DNA of 64,000 nucleotides from Hypanus sabinus. Its lineage: Eukaryota. The notes below the pieces were generated by a model. The model was not told where the DNA came from, ran no database searches, and was given only the letters and a program-made list of their open reading frames with translations. This document shows positions 1 to 11,578 of the stretch, in pieces. The position numbers and the translations under genes are program-made. Positions within the stretch are counted from its first letter, which is position 1, and each line of letters opens with the position of its first letter. The DNA is taken from NCBI RefSeq assembly GCF_030144855.1, contig NC_082731.1, forward strand, positions 24,552,001 to 24,616,000. The letters are read 5' to 3'.

Positions 1-22
1 ATTATGATTTAAAATAGATATT

Positions 23-883
23 AGAGATTATCTGTTTTTTCTAAGCTCAGATAAGAAATAGTTTGAGAAAACCACTGAAACGTGGTAGGAGGATTTACTT
101 CTTTCCAATTTTGTAATATAGACCATCTGGCCATTAATGATACAAAGGCGATCCTTCGTCTAATTGAAGGGGAAAACCGATTACCATCCTCATTTAGTAT
201 ACCAAAAATTGCAGTAATAAATTGAGGTTGTAAATCAATATTCCAAATTGAGGAAATGGCAGCAAATATGTCCTTCCAATAGTTATATTATGTGGGACAT
301 GACCAAACCATGTGGGTCAATGAAGCCACATCTGAATGACATCTGTCACATTGAGGGTTAATATGAGAATAGAATCGAGCAAGCTTATCTTTAGATATAT
401 GAGCTCTATGTACAACTTTAAATTAGTAGCACTATTTTTGACTCATCAATTAAATTTGAAGAAACTTGGGGACCGTTCATTCGACACTTTCATATGAATT
501 AATTTGGCCTCTTCCAGACGTTCTCTCTGTTTATTCTTGTTCTGGCACGTAGTTCCGGAGTTTTTGACACTATCATATACATATAAACTGTTATTATTGT
601 CCATGTTAGTTTAGTTTAGTTTTTACTTTTTTTTTCAATATATATTTTTTTCTTGTATTTTTATCTTTTTTATCTTTTGATGATCATTCTTACTCTTTTG
701 CATGTATAATTATTATAGGTTTGATTGATTAATATACTATTTTTGTTGATATTTAATAGGATATTATTATCTCATTATTAATTCAACTTCAAGTCTAGTG
801 CACTTATAACCTATTCATTATTATGTAATGTTTTTTTAATATATATGAAATTCAATAAAAAGATTGAAAAAGAGATTATCTGT
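23..883 (+). mobile_element. 5'-truncated L1 LINE with 5' inversion and 13-bp target-site duplication
   Basis: Plus-strand ORF2 end KFEETWGPFIRHFHMN* (~452-502), T-rich 3'UTR and A-rich tail (~855-870). The preceding ORF2 zinc-knuckle region (CDRC..HMVWSC..FQWFSQTISYLSLEK) reads on the minus strand at ~36-392. AGAGATTATCTGT occurs at 23-35 and 871-883. Confidence 0.85.
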
Positions 884-1959
884 AAAATAGTGAGATTTGG
901 AAAACGTATTTGTTGAATACATGCTAGTGAGATTTCGTGTATAAAATCAAAGCTTTGTTTACCTGCTGTGAGCCTCAGTCCAAAATCCATCTGTCGGGTA
1001 TTGAGCTGAAGCCTCTTTTAAGTGTATGTTTATGTGAATGCAGCAGATGTATATTCCATTATTTATTCACTGGTGTTTCTCTCTACGTGTGCATGTACAA
1101 GATTGGTGTCATGGCGCACATGCTTCCAAACATGTCCACTGAAGGGATAAAGGCTCCAGATTGCCAATTTATGAATTTCCTCTGAATCTTCCCCGTTAAT
1201 ATGCACCAGATGTGGTAATTTTTGCTGCGTGTATGTTATGATTAAGAGTATACCGACATGATTATCTGTTTTATTAATAACAGATTAACATAAGAATGTC
1301 TGGATTTCTGTAGCTCTAATGCTGATGCAAACTTAAGCATAGGCAAATAGATGCCTCAACTAATCGCTATATTTTTCTATTTTACTGTGGTTTCATGCAC
1401 TGCTGTTTAATAAAAAGGTATAACGAAATAATGAATAATATAAAAGTATATAGAAATTTTCTTTCTCCCACAATTGCGAGAAAGTCGTTAAAAGAATGTG
1501 TTCAATCAGACTACTCTAAGCACAAAGCTGAGCTTATACTAGCTGAGTTGATACTTTAATTTTACCATTAATCCTTACTTAAGTTTCATATCTTTTGCCC
1601 CCACGTATGCACTAATGCAGTGATACAGACAAGTGCAACTACTGAGTCGAAAATCAAATACAAAAGATCGAGTTTCCTCCTAGAACGGCTCACTCGACAT
1701 TTTTATCTCAATTATTGGCCCATTTTCCTTGATGTATATGCCTTGTCTATATATTCGTGGAATTGAATTGATACCACTTTATCTGCTTCATTCTTACGTA
1801 GAAAAGTAATATATTCATTTTACGCAGTTCAGGAATACAATACCAGTCCCCCCCCCCCATTTTTTGCTTGCTAGTGACTGCGGCTAAGTTCCGAGGTATT
1901 TGAGAATATACGCCAGTTCTATATTGTTGAATTGTGACTATGGTGTTGTGCAAATAGGT

Positions 1960-3595
1960 CAGTTGTTGGAAAGAGCATTTTAAGAACGTTTATCGTCAAG
2001 ATGGATATTGAGTTGTGTACGCTACGGGAAATAAGTATGGTAGTTACACAATCTATGATGATTAAAGTGGAGGAAGTACTGGCGCTTTTAAAGAATATAA
2101 AAGTGGATAAGTCCCGAGACACTGACAAGATATTGCCTAGGACCTTGAGTGAAGTTAGCGTAGAAATAGCAGGGGCTCTGACAGAAACATTTCAAATGTC
2201 ATTAGAACCGGGGATGGTTCCGGAGGATTGGCGTAATGCTCATATGGTTCCCTTGTTTAAAAAAAACACAATTCTTAGAGATGTTATATAGAATTATCTG
2301 GAGAGACTGTGTCAGATTAGGAACAGTCAACATGGATTTCTGCGTGGAAGTACATGTTTGACAAATATTACTGATTTTTTTTCAAGAAGTTACTAGCAAA
2401 GCTGACGGGGCTGGGCAGTGGATATTGTCTATATGCACGTCAGTAAGGCCTTTTACAACGTTCCACATGGAAGGTTGGCCAGGAAGGTTCAATCTTTCGG
2501 TATTAATACTGAAGCAGTAAATTCGTTTCAATTGTGGCTGGATGGGAGATGCTGGAGAGTAGTGGTGGATAATTGTTAGTCCGATTGGAGGCCGGTGACA
2601 ACTGGAGTGCCACAGGGATCTGTATTGTGTCCAATGCAGTTTGTCATATGCATTAATGCTCTGGATGATGGATAGTGCATTGGATTAGTAAGAATGCATA
2701 TGATACTAAGATAGGTGGCGTTGTGGATAATGCAGTAGATTTTCCGAGGTTACAGAGACGTTTAGGTCTGTTAGAAGAGTGGGCTGAAAAATTGCCGATG
2801 GAGTTCAATGCTGATAAGTGTGATATGTTGCATTTTAGTAGGACTAATCAAAATAGGACATATATGTTAACTGGTGCGGCATTGCAGAATGCAGTAGAAT
2901 ATAGTGAATTCAGTATAATGATGCTTAGATCCCTGAAGATGGAATCTTATGTGGATATGATGGTGATTAAAGATTTTGGTATGCTGGTCTTTATAAATCA
3001 GAGCACTGAGCATAGGAGTTGAGATGTAACGTTAAAATTGTACAAAGCCCTGTTGAGGCCAAATTTGAAGTATTGTGTACAGTCTTGGTCAGCAAATTAT
3101 CGAAACGATCTCCACAAAATAGTGACGGTACAGAGTTCACTTACTCGAATGTTACCTGGGTTTCAGCACCTCGGTACAGAGAAAGGTTAAACAAGATAGG
3201 TCCTTATTGTTTGGAGCGTAGAAGGTTGAGTGGGGACGATAGAAATATTAAATTATAAGGGGGATAGATAGAGCTGACGTGGATAGGCTTTTTTTTCCAT
3301 TGAGAGTAGGGGAGATTCAAACAAAAGGACATGAGAGGAAAAGATCAGGAGTAACATGAGGGAGAACTTATTTACTCACAGAGTGGTAGCTGTGTGCAAC
3401 GTGCTTCCGGTGGAAGTGGTAGAGACAGGTTCAATATTGTCATTTTTATTTAAAAAATGGATTGGTATAATGACAGGAAAGGAATGGAGCGTTATGGGTT
3501 GCGTGCAGGTCGGTGGGACTAGTTGAGAGTAAGCGTTCGGCACAGATTAGAAGGGCCGAGATGAGCTGTTTCCGTGCTTTAATTGTTATATGGTT
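1960..3595 (+). mobile_element. CR1 LINE 3' fragment (degenerate reverse transcriptase)
   Basis: Translations such as DWRNAHMVPLFKK, GVPQG-like, DTKIGGVVD, MEFNADKC and YKALLRPNL-like, broken by stops and frameshifts; CR1-type 3' end. Confidence 0.85.
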
Positions 3596-4079
3596 AAGAA
3601 CTCGGTGACCCTTTACGTGCACTCTTTATAATAAGGCAAGTATAATGATTTATTTGATTCCAACATTGTTCTTTGTTTAATCCGGACATGTATTTACATA
3701 TTAGTGTATGTATGGGAACCTCGTCACCGTGTATTGTAAAAATTGTGAGGTCCTCTCGGTTTGCAAAATGTGTTACATTTTTCTCCTAGGACCGATTTTC
3801 ACTGCGAAGCGCAATGACTGACTCTATTCTACAGTTGTTAATAAGTGGGCCGCCAGGAAACGGGAATAGGCCGTTGCAGTACTCTGGATCCGAATCCGGA
3901 AGAATTGAGTTCTAACTTGTTTAGTAATCCGCTAATGACGGTGCTAGAGATTGCCTTATAACAAGGGGTGTATAGGGGTCCACTTTTAAATAACTCGAAA
4001 CCCTCTAAGACCTTATTCTTTCAAGCTTCGAAAACCATTAAGTGCTCTTGGGGACAGTTCAAAGTTTGCTGGAAAAATA

Positions 4080-4085
4080 TTTATT
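4080..4085 (-). terminator. Polyadenylation signal of the secretory IgH exon
   Basis: AATAAA on the minus strand about 40 nt after the TGA of the tailpiece. Confidence 0.6.
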
Positions 4086-4123
4086 GATATTTATCTAAGC
4101 TTTTAATGCAAAGGATAAAATTA

Positions 4124-4513
4124 TCATTGACAATAACCGACAGTATCCATCAGAACAAGGGATACGTTGACAAAACTCGGTTTACAACTGGACCGATTAA
4201 CTGTTCTTGCGATTGTCTTCATCGGGAGTGTTTCATATGCCACAACACAGGAGAAGGAAGCACCACAGGACCACTGTTCCGAACGAACAGACAACAAGCT
4301 GAACATGAAGAACGACTTGTTGCCATTCTCTGCCGCGTGCAGTTTTCCTGTAGCTGCGTGAATCCACCCGCGAGTCATCGACCATCCACGTGACGAAAAC
4401 CCTGGGAGGCGAAAATCCTCTCACTAAGCAGGTGAGGATGGCGGTGTACTCTCTGGGCTCTTCACTTGTTGGCGGAAGAAGGACAGAGACGGAAGGTTGC
4501 TGAGGATGCAAGG
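4124..4513 (-). pseudogene. IgW/IgNAR-type terminal CH exon with secretory tailpiece (one frameshift)
   Basis: Acceptor tacgcag, phase 1. Reads [57 protein letters not shown], frameshift near 4340, then [71 protein letters not shown]1-set Cys/Trp/Cys are present; the tailpiece has an N-x-S sequon and penultimate Cys, typical of shark IgW/IgNAR last domains. Confidence 0.9.
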
Positions 4514-5006
4514 CTGCGTAATCACGGGGAAAACAATTAATATACCGGGAAGTAAAGAAAGGGAAAGATGATAGTTTCGAATGGAAGAAAAGGGTGATTC
4601 GGGAGAAATATCTGAACTACAGCATTGCACTTCTGTGTTTCTTTTCTGTATCCCAGGTTGTGTTTTGGGGAAGAAGAAGCTGTCATAGACGACATCATCC
4701 CATTCCCGTATAAGTTATAAGGATCTAAAAGTCCCGGAAGCGCATTACGGGAGTATTTAGCCCCTCAGATGAATGTTAATCTTTATGTCATGTGTTTCAT
4801 GGTTGTGAGTTTAAATATCTGCATTAATATCATTCAGTATTTTGGGACACGGGTATCATTAATTTCTCCAGGTCACATGCATTAAACTTTATCAATTCCT
4901 GGATGTGTCTTGGAATGTATTCGCAAAGGGTGTAAAATTGAGTTTGACTTTCATCGGAAGACTGTTCCTACGATGTGATAAATACAGATAATTAATGTTA
5001 ATTTAC

Positions 5007-5335
5007 AGAGATGATGAAAGTGGAACATATCATAGAAAGGAGTTTGGACCTTCATGGAGTGTTAATGTAAACAAGTTAGCTCTCATATATCTGTGGTTTC
5101 CTGCACATCTTAAATGCACTCCGACAGAACAAGATGAAATAACATCTCGGATTCCAACATTGATTTCAGCAGATGAGGCAGTGTCGGTCGTGACTTTCGC
5201 TTCATTTTTCTTCCAGGAGACGATGATATCAATAGGGAAGTAACCCATCGCCATGCAGACGGCAGGTGACTGATTCAGCGGCACTTGATTGCTCACATGA
5301 AAGGAAAGGGTAGAGAGTTGGTACAGAATATTCCA
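5007..5335 (-). pseudogene. IgH CH1-type exon (IgW/IgM-like), two frameshifts and stops
   Basis: Acceptor tctttcag. Reads VEYSVPTLYPFLSCEQSSAAESVT / AVCMAMGYFPIDIIVSWKKNEAKVTT...ISS / LVLSEC..ELTCLH*HS, with a phase-1 donor gtaaat. The PTLY..SCEQ...C.AM.Y.P..V.WKK pattern, including the light-chain-linking Cys, is CH1-like. The 3' boundary is inferred. Confidence 0.75.
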
Positions 5336-6807
5336 CTGAAAGAACATAATCACATAAATAAATTAAACTTTTTGTTTTTGGTTTATACAATGCTCGATTA
5401 TATGGAACATTTAATACACAAGAGAAAAAATCCAGGTATGTGTTTGCCGACACTACCTTAACCGTATAGTAAACTATTGACGCAGCCTTCAAGTTTGTTC
5501 CAATCACAGCGAAATACAAAAAGCATCCATTTACCTCTATCTGCTTGCCATGACTAAGTACTCAACGCATTCTCTTGTCAACACGGAAGGATAGATGTGC
5601 GAGTCAGAATCAAGTCAATTTCACCTGTATATGTCCGTGCTCACATCATCTTCGGGAGAAAAGAACATACCAAATCATTTTGTTTTTGGTCCTTCCCACA
5701 CTGATTATCTTGACACCAGCTGTAATGATAACTCCGCTATAAACAGCACAAAGACCAGACGTATAGGTCCGTATACGTCGCAAATTTGGCGAAAAGAATC
5801 GTGGATTCTGCCATTTTTGTATTTTGTGTTATTAGTACCAGTCAGCCATTTGCAATTGAGAGGTTATTTCGAAAAGCGTCGTATTTTAATTGGAGAAGAC
5901 CATCTGGAGTGACGACGATTTTGCCTTCCGTGTAATCCTGTGTGCTGGTCNNNNNNNNNNNNNNNNNNNNNNNNNNNNNNNNNNNNNNNNNNNNNNNNNN
6001 NNNNNNNNNNNNNNNNNNNNNNNNNNNNNNNNNNNNNNNNNNNNNNNNNNNNNNNNNNNNNNNNNNNNNNNNNNNNNNNNNNNNNNNNNNNNNNNNNNNN
6101 NNNNNNNNNNNNNNNNNNNNNNGACATTGATCCTGTGGTAATTTGGGAATTTCTGCCCAGACGTAAAACGCCGGGGCACTCTGCAGCTTTAACATTGACA
6201 ATGCAATTAATTTCGATTCCGGTGAACTAAGTACTGTTCATTACATTAATATTTTAAAATCATGCAGGCAAATAAAGAAAAAAAAAAGTCGCTAAGAGCT
6301 ACAGTGCTTTTCCACGCAATTTAGCGCAGCATTAATCTAGAATGACCGTTGTGTCAAGTGGTTTACTTTAAGGACAATCTGTAAACTTGGATATTTCAGA
6401 CAATGCAATCCGATGCATTGTCTATCCTTGTCGCTCAAATTATTCGTAGTATTCACGAAATTTACTTAGTTATGTCTTCAGAGCCTTCCAAGCAGTGTTT
6501 TGTTTTTCTTTTTTCTTTTTTTCTGGAACGATCAGATGATATGAGTCGAGTAAATGTTTCAAAAGGTTTCCTAGTTTTATGTTATATCTATACAACTGCA
6601 CACAGGTTGCATATGTTGTATTTGTGAGATTTAAAGGAACACTGGCAGTAGTATGTAACAAAGAACTATAAATATTTCATATTTTCTCAGAAAGCGTCGC
6701 ACACAAGTAAATCTAATAGCAAATGATCATGCTATCAAATCGTTCAGACGACGAAGGGTGAGTATACCAGAATTACACATTTCCTTTTTTCCCTCTCTCG
6801 TCCCGTC

Positions 6808-7222
6808 GGCACAGTCACAAAGTATTAGAACAATTAGATAGATATTCATTCAGACGTCAACTACGATATTTCGGATTGTCTATTGAAATTGCAATGGTTT
6901 ACGCACAAACGGGTATGTCCGTCGAATAGCCTACCAGTTCTAATAGGAAATCCACATATTTGGGAGACATTTAAGAAACTATTAGATACCCACATAGATG
7001 GTGGAAAAAAAAAAACACATGTTAGGTTGATTGGAGAGCAGCTGAAGAAGTCTGCACAATTTTGTGGGACGAATTCCCTGCACTGGGCATCAGTGTTCAA
7101 TTGTCAAGTCATATAAATTTGAAATATTTGTGGTAAACCAATGGACTTTAAGTTTTAGATTTAAGACCCTTCAGTTACTCCCCCAATCAAAGTATTGTCA
7201 AGATGAAACAAAAAAAAAATCT
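6808..7222 (-). pseudogene. Highly decayed TCR-V-like segment within the JH-CH1 intron
   Basis: Hydrophobic leader-like stretch (FCFILTIL*LG) before a gtaact donor at 7178, a ~95-nt intron, and acceptor cccag at 7083. Across frameshifts it reads VQG..KIVQTSS..INLTCVF..WYL..SPKYV..ISIDNPK..tgt-gac-tgt-gcc (a decayed YYCA). No recognisable RSS. Confidence 0.35.
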
Positions 7223-7944
7223 GCTTCTCTCTCCGTAAAAGTTGCATTACCACATATTTAAAACATGGCATTCATTATTCATTTAGGTTTTTACACACTG
7301 CACGTTTAAATACTCATACTTAAGTTATTATTTTAAATAGACTATTTAATTCAAAAACATGCAGATGGCTTACTGTGTAGTGGCATGGGGAAATGCATAT
7401 AAAAAAACCCGATTATTCTACTCCAATAGAATGCCATTCGAAATGTAAATAAGACAAGCTATTATGAGCCAACGAATCCACTATTTATTCAATTAAACAC
7501 TTTATAATTCAGAGATTTATTTGATTTCTAATTAATACAAATTATATATTGTTATGAGTGATGAACAGACGTGATGGACAATGGGGTGCAGAGTTAACCA
7601 TCCGCCTCCTTGAGAACCATGAACTATTACTGATNNNNNNNNNNNNNNNNNNNNNNNNNNNNNNNNNNNNNNNNNNNNNNNNNNNNNNNNNNNNNNNNNN
7701 NNNNNNNNNNNNNNNNNNNNNNNNNNNNNNNNNNNNNNNNNNNNNNNNNNNNNNNNNNNNNNNNNNNNNNNNNNNNNNNNNNATCTGCAACAGTTAAGAG
7801 AGAGGGACACTGCTGATTTAATGTATTGTGACTCTTCCTGGATTATTTATCTTCTCGCTGCAAGGACAATATTTTGCTCGTTAACATTCCTCAGGGGACT
7901 GCAGGGTTGTCCTGATTTGATGGACACAGTCATTCAGAATTGAT

Positions 7945-8564
7945 TGATATCTGAGACCCCGTTAGTAGGAAAAAAAGACCGGTTTGTAGAGACACACTTT
8001 AGTCACACCAGTGGACCCAGACTGAGTAATGTGGACCCACAAGGAAGGTGGGGGCTTCCGAGACCGAACCAGGAAGTCGGTCAGTAAAGCTCTCCGTGAA
8101 TCAACCCGTGAATCAACAGGGCTGGAGTGGAGTTGTGTGTGTGACCACTCATGTGAGAGTGACGAGTCCACCACAGGAGGACGTTCTAGCTGAAGGACGG
8201 AATCGTCATAGCCGGATGACCACAACGGTGCAACGGAATCAAAAAGCCACAGAAATGACAGCCTGATGCAGCTGCTACATCCCGCTCCGCTTTCCCTCTC
8301 TGTCCAACGATTACCATACAACAACAATACCTACCTCAGCACGCATGAACTGAACTGACCTTTATGCTTTTCTATGACAATTAATTTACCCCTAGATATC
8401 GATAGAGCTTGTTTATTATTGCTAAACTGTGTTATATGTATATTTGCATTAATAGTATTGTTTTGTTTATTTTATTAATAAACACCTTTGAATATAGTCC
8501 TACCAGACTCCAACGGATACTTCTATCTTTGCTGGTCTGACATCCAGTTACGGGGTACGTAACA
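7945..8564 (+). mobile_element. Probable solo LTR (gypsy-type)
   Basis: Ends ...GGGGTACGTAACA, has an internal AATAAA (~8478), and its terminus resembles the TGTTACGTACCC start of the LTR at 60948. The 5' end is approximate. Confidence 0.5.
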
Positions 8565-10754
8565 GTAGAAAGTAAAAATGGACAGTTATCACAAAGTTTT
8601 CAATGTATGTTTAAAATGGGAGAAAATCAACATGATTTGAGAGGAACATGGATATTTCAAAACCAAATATTTGGAGCAAATTAAAAAAAATATGTCCTTG
8701 TTCTTCAGTCAGAGGGGTGAATATAAGTGGGCAGTGGTAGTCAGAATTTACGAAAATGCACCACACTTAATGTGTTTAAAACATTTAAAAATAATTTAAT
8801 AAAGAAATGTAAAACTGATGGTTAAAATGAATAGGAGTAATGTAAACAAATGATACTAGGATTTTTTTTTTTGGTCTTAGAATGTTATGATGTTTTTGCT
8901 TTGATGTGATGATTGACGCCAAATACGTTTTTGTATAACTAAGAGGGACAGGTTCTAGCTTCTGCGTCACGCTTTCGGTCTGTTTCAAAGATTTCTGAAT
9001 ATTTTTTTTTATGAAATCACCTTTGAAAATGAAGTTTTGTGTTAATAGTTCATTAATTGACTAAATAATACATTAATTTTGCTTTTGTAATCTAATGTGA
9101 AAAGTTATAAAGTAGAAATAATTGCTGCTTCAATTATCGAATGATCAAAACCCGCAATAGACTCCACTATACTACACTCATTTATTAAACAATGTCGCTC
9201 CTGCCCAGACCATAAAATAAGCCCTTTGCAACGATTTAACTGCAATGACCTGAGAACGTTATGTATTCAAAACACTGATATTCCTGCAGTTTACAAGTTA
9301 TTTAAATAGCCCATAATATCACAATATGTATTTGATTTGACGGACTGTATTTAACGGTGTTGGCATTCCTACAATATTGGTTAAAATGTTCACCACATGA
9401 TTTGAAATTATTAGTAATAAATTTACTTGTTTGAGCTTGATGAATATCAGTATTTTTTTTACCTACATGATTCACTAAATAGACGCTGGTGTTTGGATCA
9501 ATGTTCAGCAATACGATTGCGCCCGTATAACATACTTTTATAAAAATGAGTTATAAGTTTACTACAATTTGTCGTGTTTATTTGTCTCCTCTGGGCACAA
9601 AAAATAGATCATACATATTACCTGCACCTGTTGGAAACAAAAAAAAATATGTTTCTGTTTGATAAATAATGTCAAACACCGTAAGGTGTATCAGATGCTT
9701 CAGGTCATTTGAATCATAGCTTCTGCATTGCTTATCTATTGTGCTCTGTCAAACTCGTTTTTCTACCTCCTCATAGTTTCTAGCTGCACTACTCCTTCGG
9801 CGACGCTTGCAGACTTATAAAACAACTGATTTCGCATAACTAGTATGTCATACCGAAATAAACTCCCTCTCATTCGTGATCTTGTGGTTTTATTGTGTCA
9901 TTTCAAAACCCAGTTTTGCGACTTTTTAACTATCGGTTCCGAGACTATCCTCCATGTGGAAAAATGCTCGACACATGGATGTTATCCAGGCCTTTCCCAA
10001 AAAAAAAAAAAAAAAAAATCCAGTAGCCTGAAAGTCTGTAGGCAGTGAGAACATTCAGAGCGCGCATTCCATGAGATCACGCTGGATATTCTGCAATACT
10101 TGAATTTTTATTCCAAGAATCGCTTCACAAATATCAAGAATTTGTTCTTACTGTGATATGACTTCTAGTCGCAACAGCACAATATAGATTTGTATGGACG
10201 CATAAATGTTCGAGTCTGTGATTCCTCAACGGTTTCATTGATGGTTAGAATAAATCAACTTCCCGTCTGCAAGCCATGTTGGGAGCTGGTTCACTGGACA
10301 TTAATACAATTCTACTAATGAAGTCAAATGTTCTTAAACGACGTTCTATTATACTTTTATTCGTGTTCTGTTTTATTCTCCGTAGATAGGACAAATATAT
10401 TGCAATGAAAAATCTCTTATTGGACAGGATGGGCATATATTGTTCAAATTTCTCAAAGCTGCAAATTCAGAAATTCTAAGAGCATCCGGGTATTGAAAAG
10501 GAGACAGGACAAAGTTTAATTGAGAAAATGAATACTAAATCACGAAAATTTCAGTTCCTAAATCTGTTAAACAAGCTGAATTCAATAATCTCCTCGCGGC
10601 ATAATCAAAATTTATTTAGTAAAGCGACATAAATTGAGAGTTCAATTAAAGGCAAAACATTTTCAGAGGAAAGCATAAACAACATCACAAACTAAGTTTG
10701 GAATGAAAGTTCAATTGGAATAGCTTCTTTTTATGAACAAATTTTACTTTTTAC

Positions 10755-10840
10755 CGTTCGTCACCGTCAACATGTTGCCTTCTCCCCACTGAGAAATTCC
10801 GCCACAGTGTTGTGTTCCTAGGCTTCCTCACACAATTACC
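10755..10840 (-). other. IGHJ: IgH J segment with 22-bp-spacer RSS
   Basis: J at 10755-10802 reads GISQWGEGNMLTVTN (WGxG motif) followed by a phase-1 donor gtaaaa. RSS: CACAGTG (10803-10809), 22 nt, ACAATTACC (10832-10840). Confidence 0.88.
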
Positions 10841-11175
10841 GGCTCTGCACAAGTTCGACAATTGTGTATATGTTCATAATTCATAAAAAAATGAAACTAT
10901 TGTTGATGATTAGAAAACAGGAATGCAGTAAAGAAAACTTGTTTTTAACCGATTGAAGATAACGTGTTACTGTATTTCAGATATGCTGCCGGAATATCAC
11001 GGGAGTTCTTGGCAGATAAATGATAAATATATCCAGGGTGGTTCATTCGAACCAATCAGTGTTCTCTGCATAAGTAGAAACAGTACAGCAAGAAATATAT
11101 CGAAATATCAAATGAAAGAAAAAAAAAGCTAAAGCACGTAATTAGTGATGTGATTTTTTCTTGATATTGGAGGCA

Positions 11176-11247
11176 CACTCTGAGCGATCCATTATGCTAA
11201 CCGCAGCCGCACAGTGAGATAGATCGCAATATAAGATAACAGACACT
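11176..11247 (-). other. Putative IgH D segment with degenerate flanking RSSs
   Basis: A perfect CACAGTG at 11210-11216 faces the V. Opposing heptamer-like CACTCTG (11176-11182) or CATTATG (11190-11196). It lies about 370 nt from both the V RSS and the J RSS. Nonamer matches are weak. Confidence 0.45.
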
Positions 11248-11578
11248 AACACGCATAGGTTCCTCTTGAAATAGGCTTTGAATCTAAATTATACAACAGT
11301 TCACAAACAAGATCGAATTTTAATGCAACCCATCCTTTCTCTCTCCCTGTAACGTCAACAGTGAACCAAACAAGGTGTTCTACTCCACACTTATGAATAG
11401 GTGATGTCAAAGAGGAGAAACGTGAATAAAACGACACCAATGTGCATTTGATATTATGTGTCATTCTTCGAAATTCATGAAAGAATATTTGCGCTCATTT
11501 TATGTCCTGCCATTATTACAATTAAACTTCTTAATCATTGGTAGTTTATGATAGAAAATATGGTGGTTCCACACACAC

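Noticed and set aside
3720-3790. Possible IgH TM exon (LTIFY.T.VT)
   Set aside because: It needs two indels, the core residues are not hydrophobic, and there are no clear splice sites.
5842-7810. ORF-track entries spanning N runs (also 36988-37525)
   Set aside because: Their length is inflated by gap characters; they are not evidence of genes.
9618-9640. Strong acceptor plus 6 nt plus donor (micro-exon or TM2-like) on the minus strand
   Set aside because: No partner exon or stop was found; compatible with chance next to a poly-T run.
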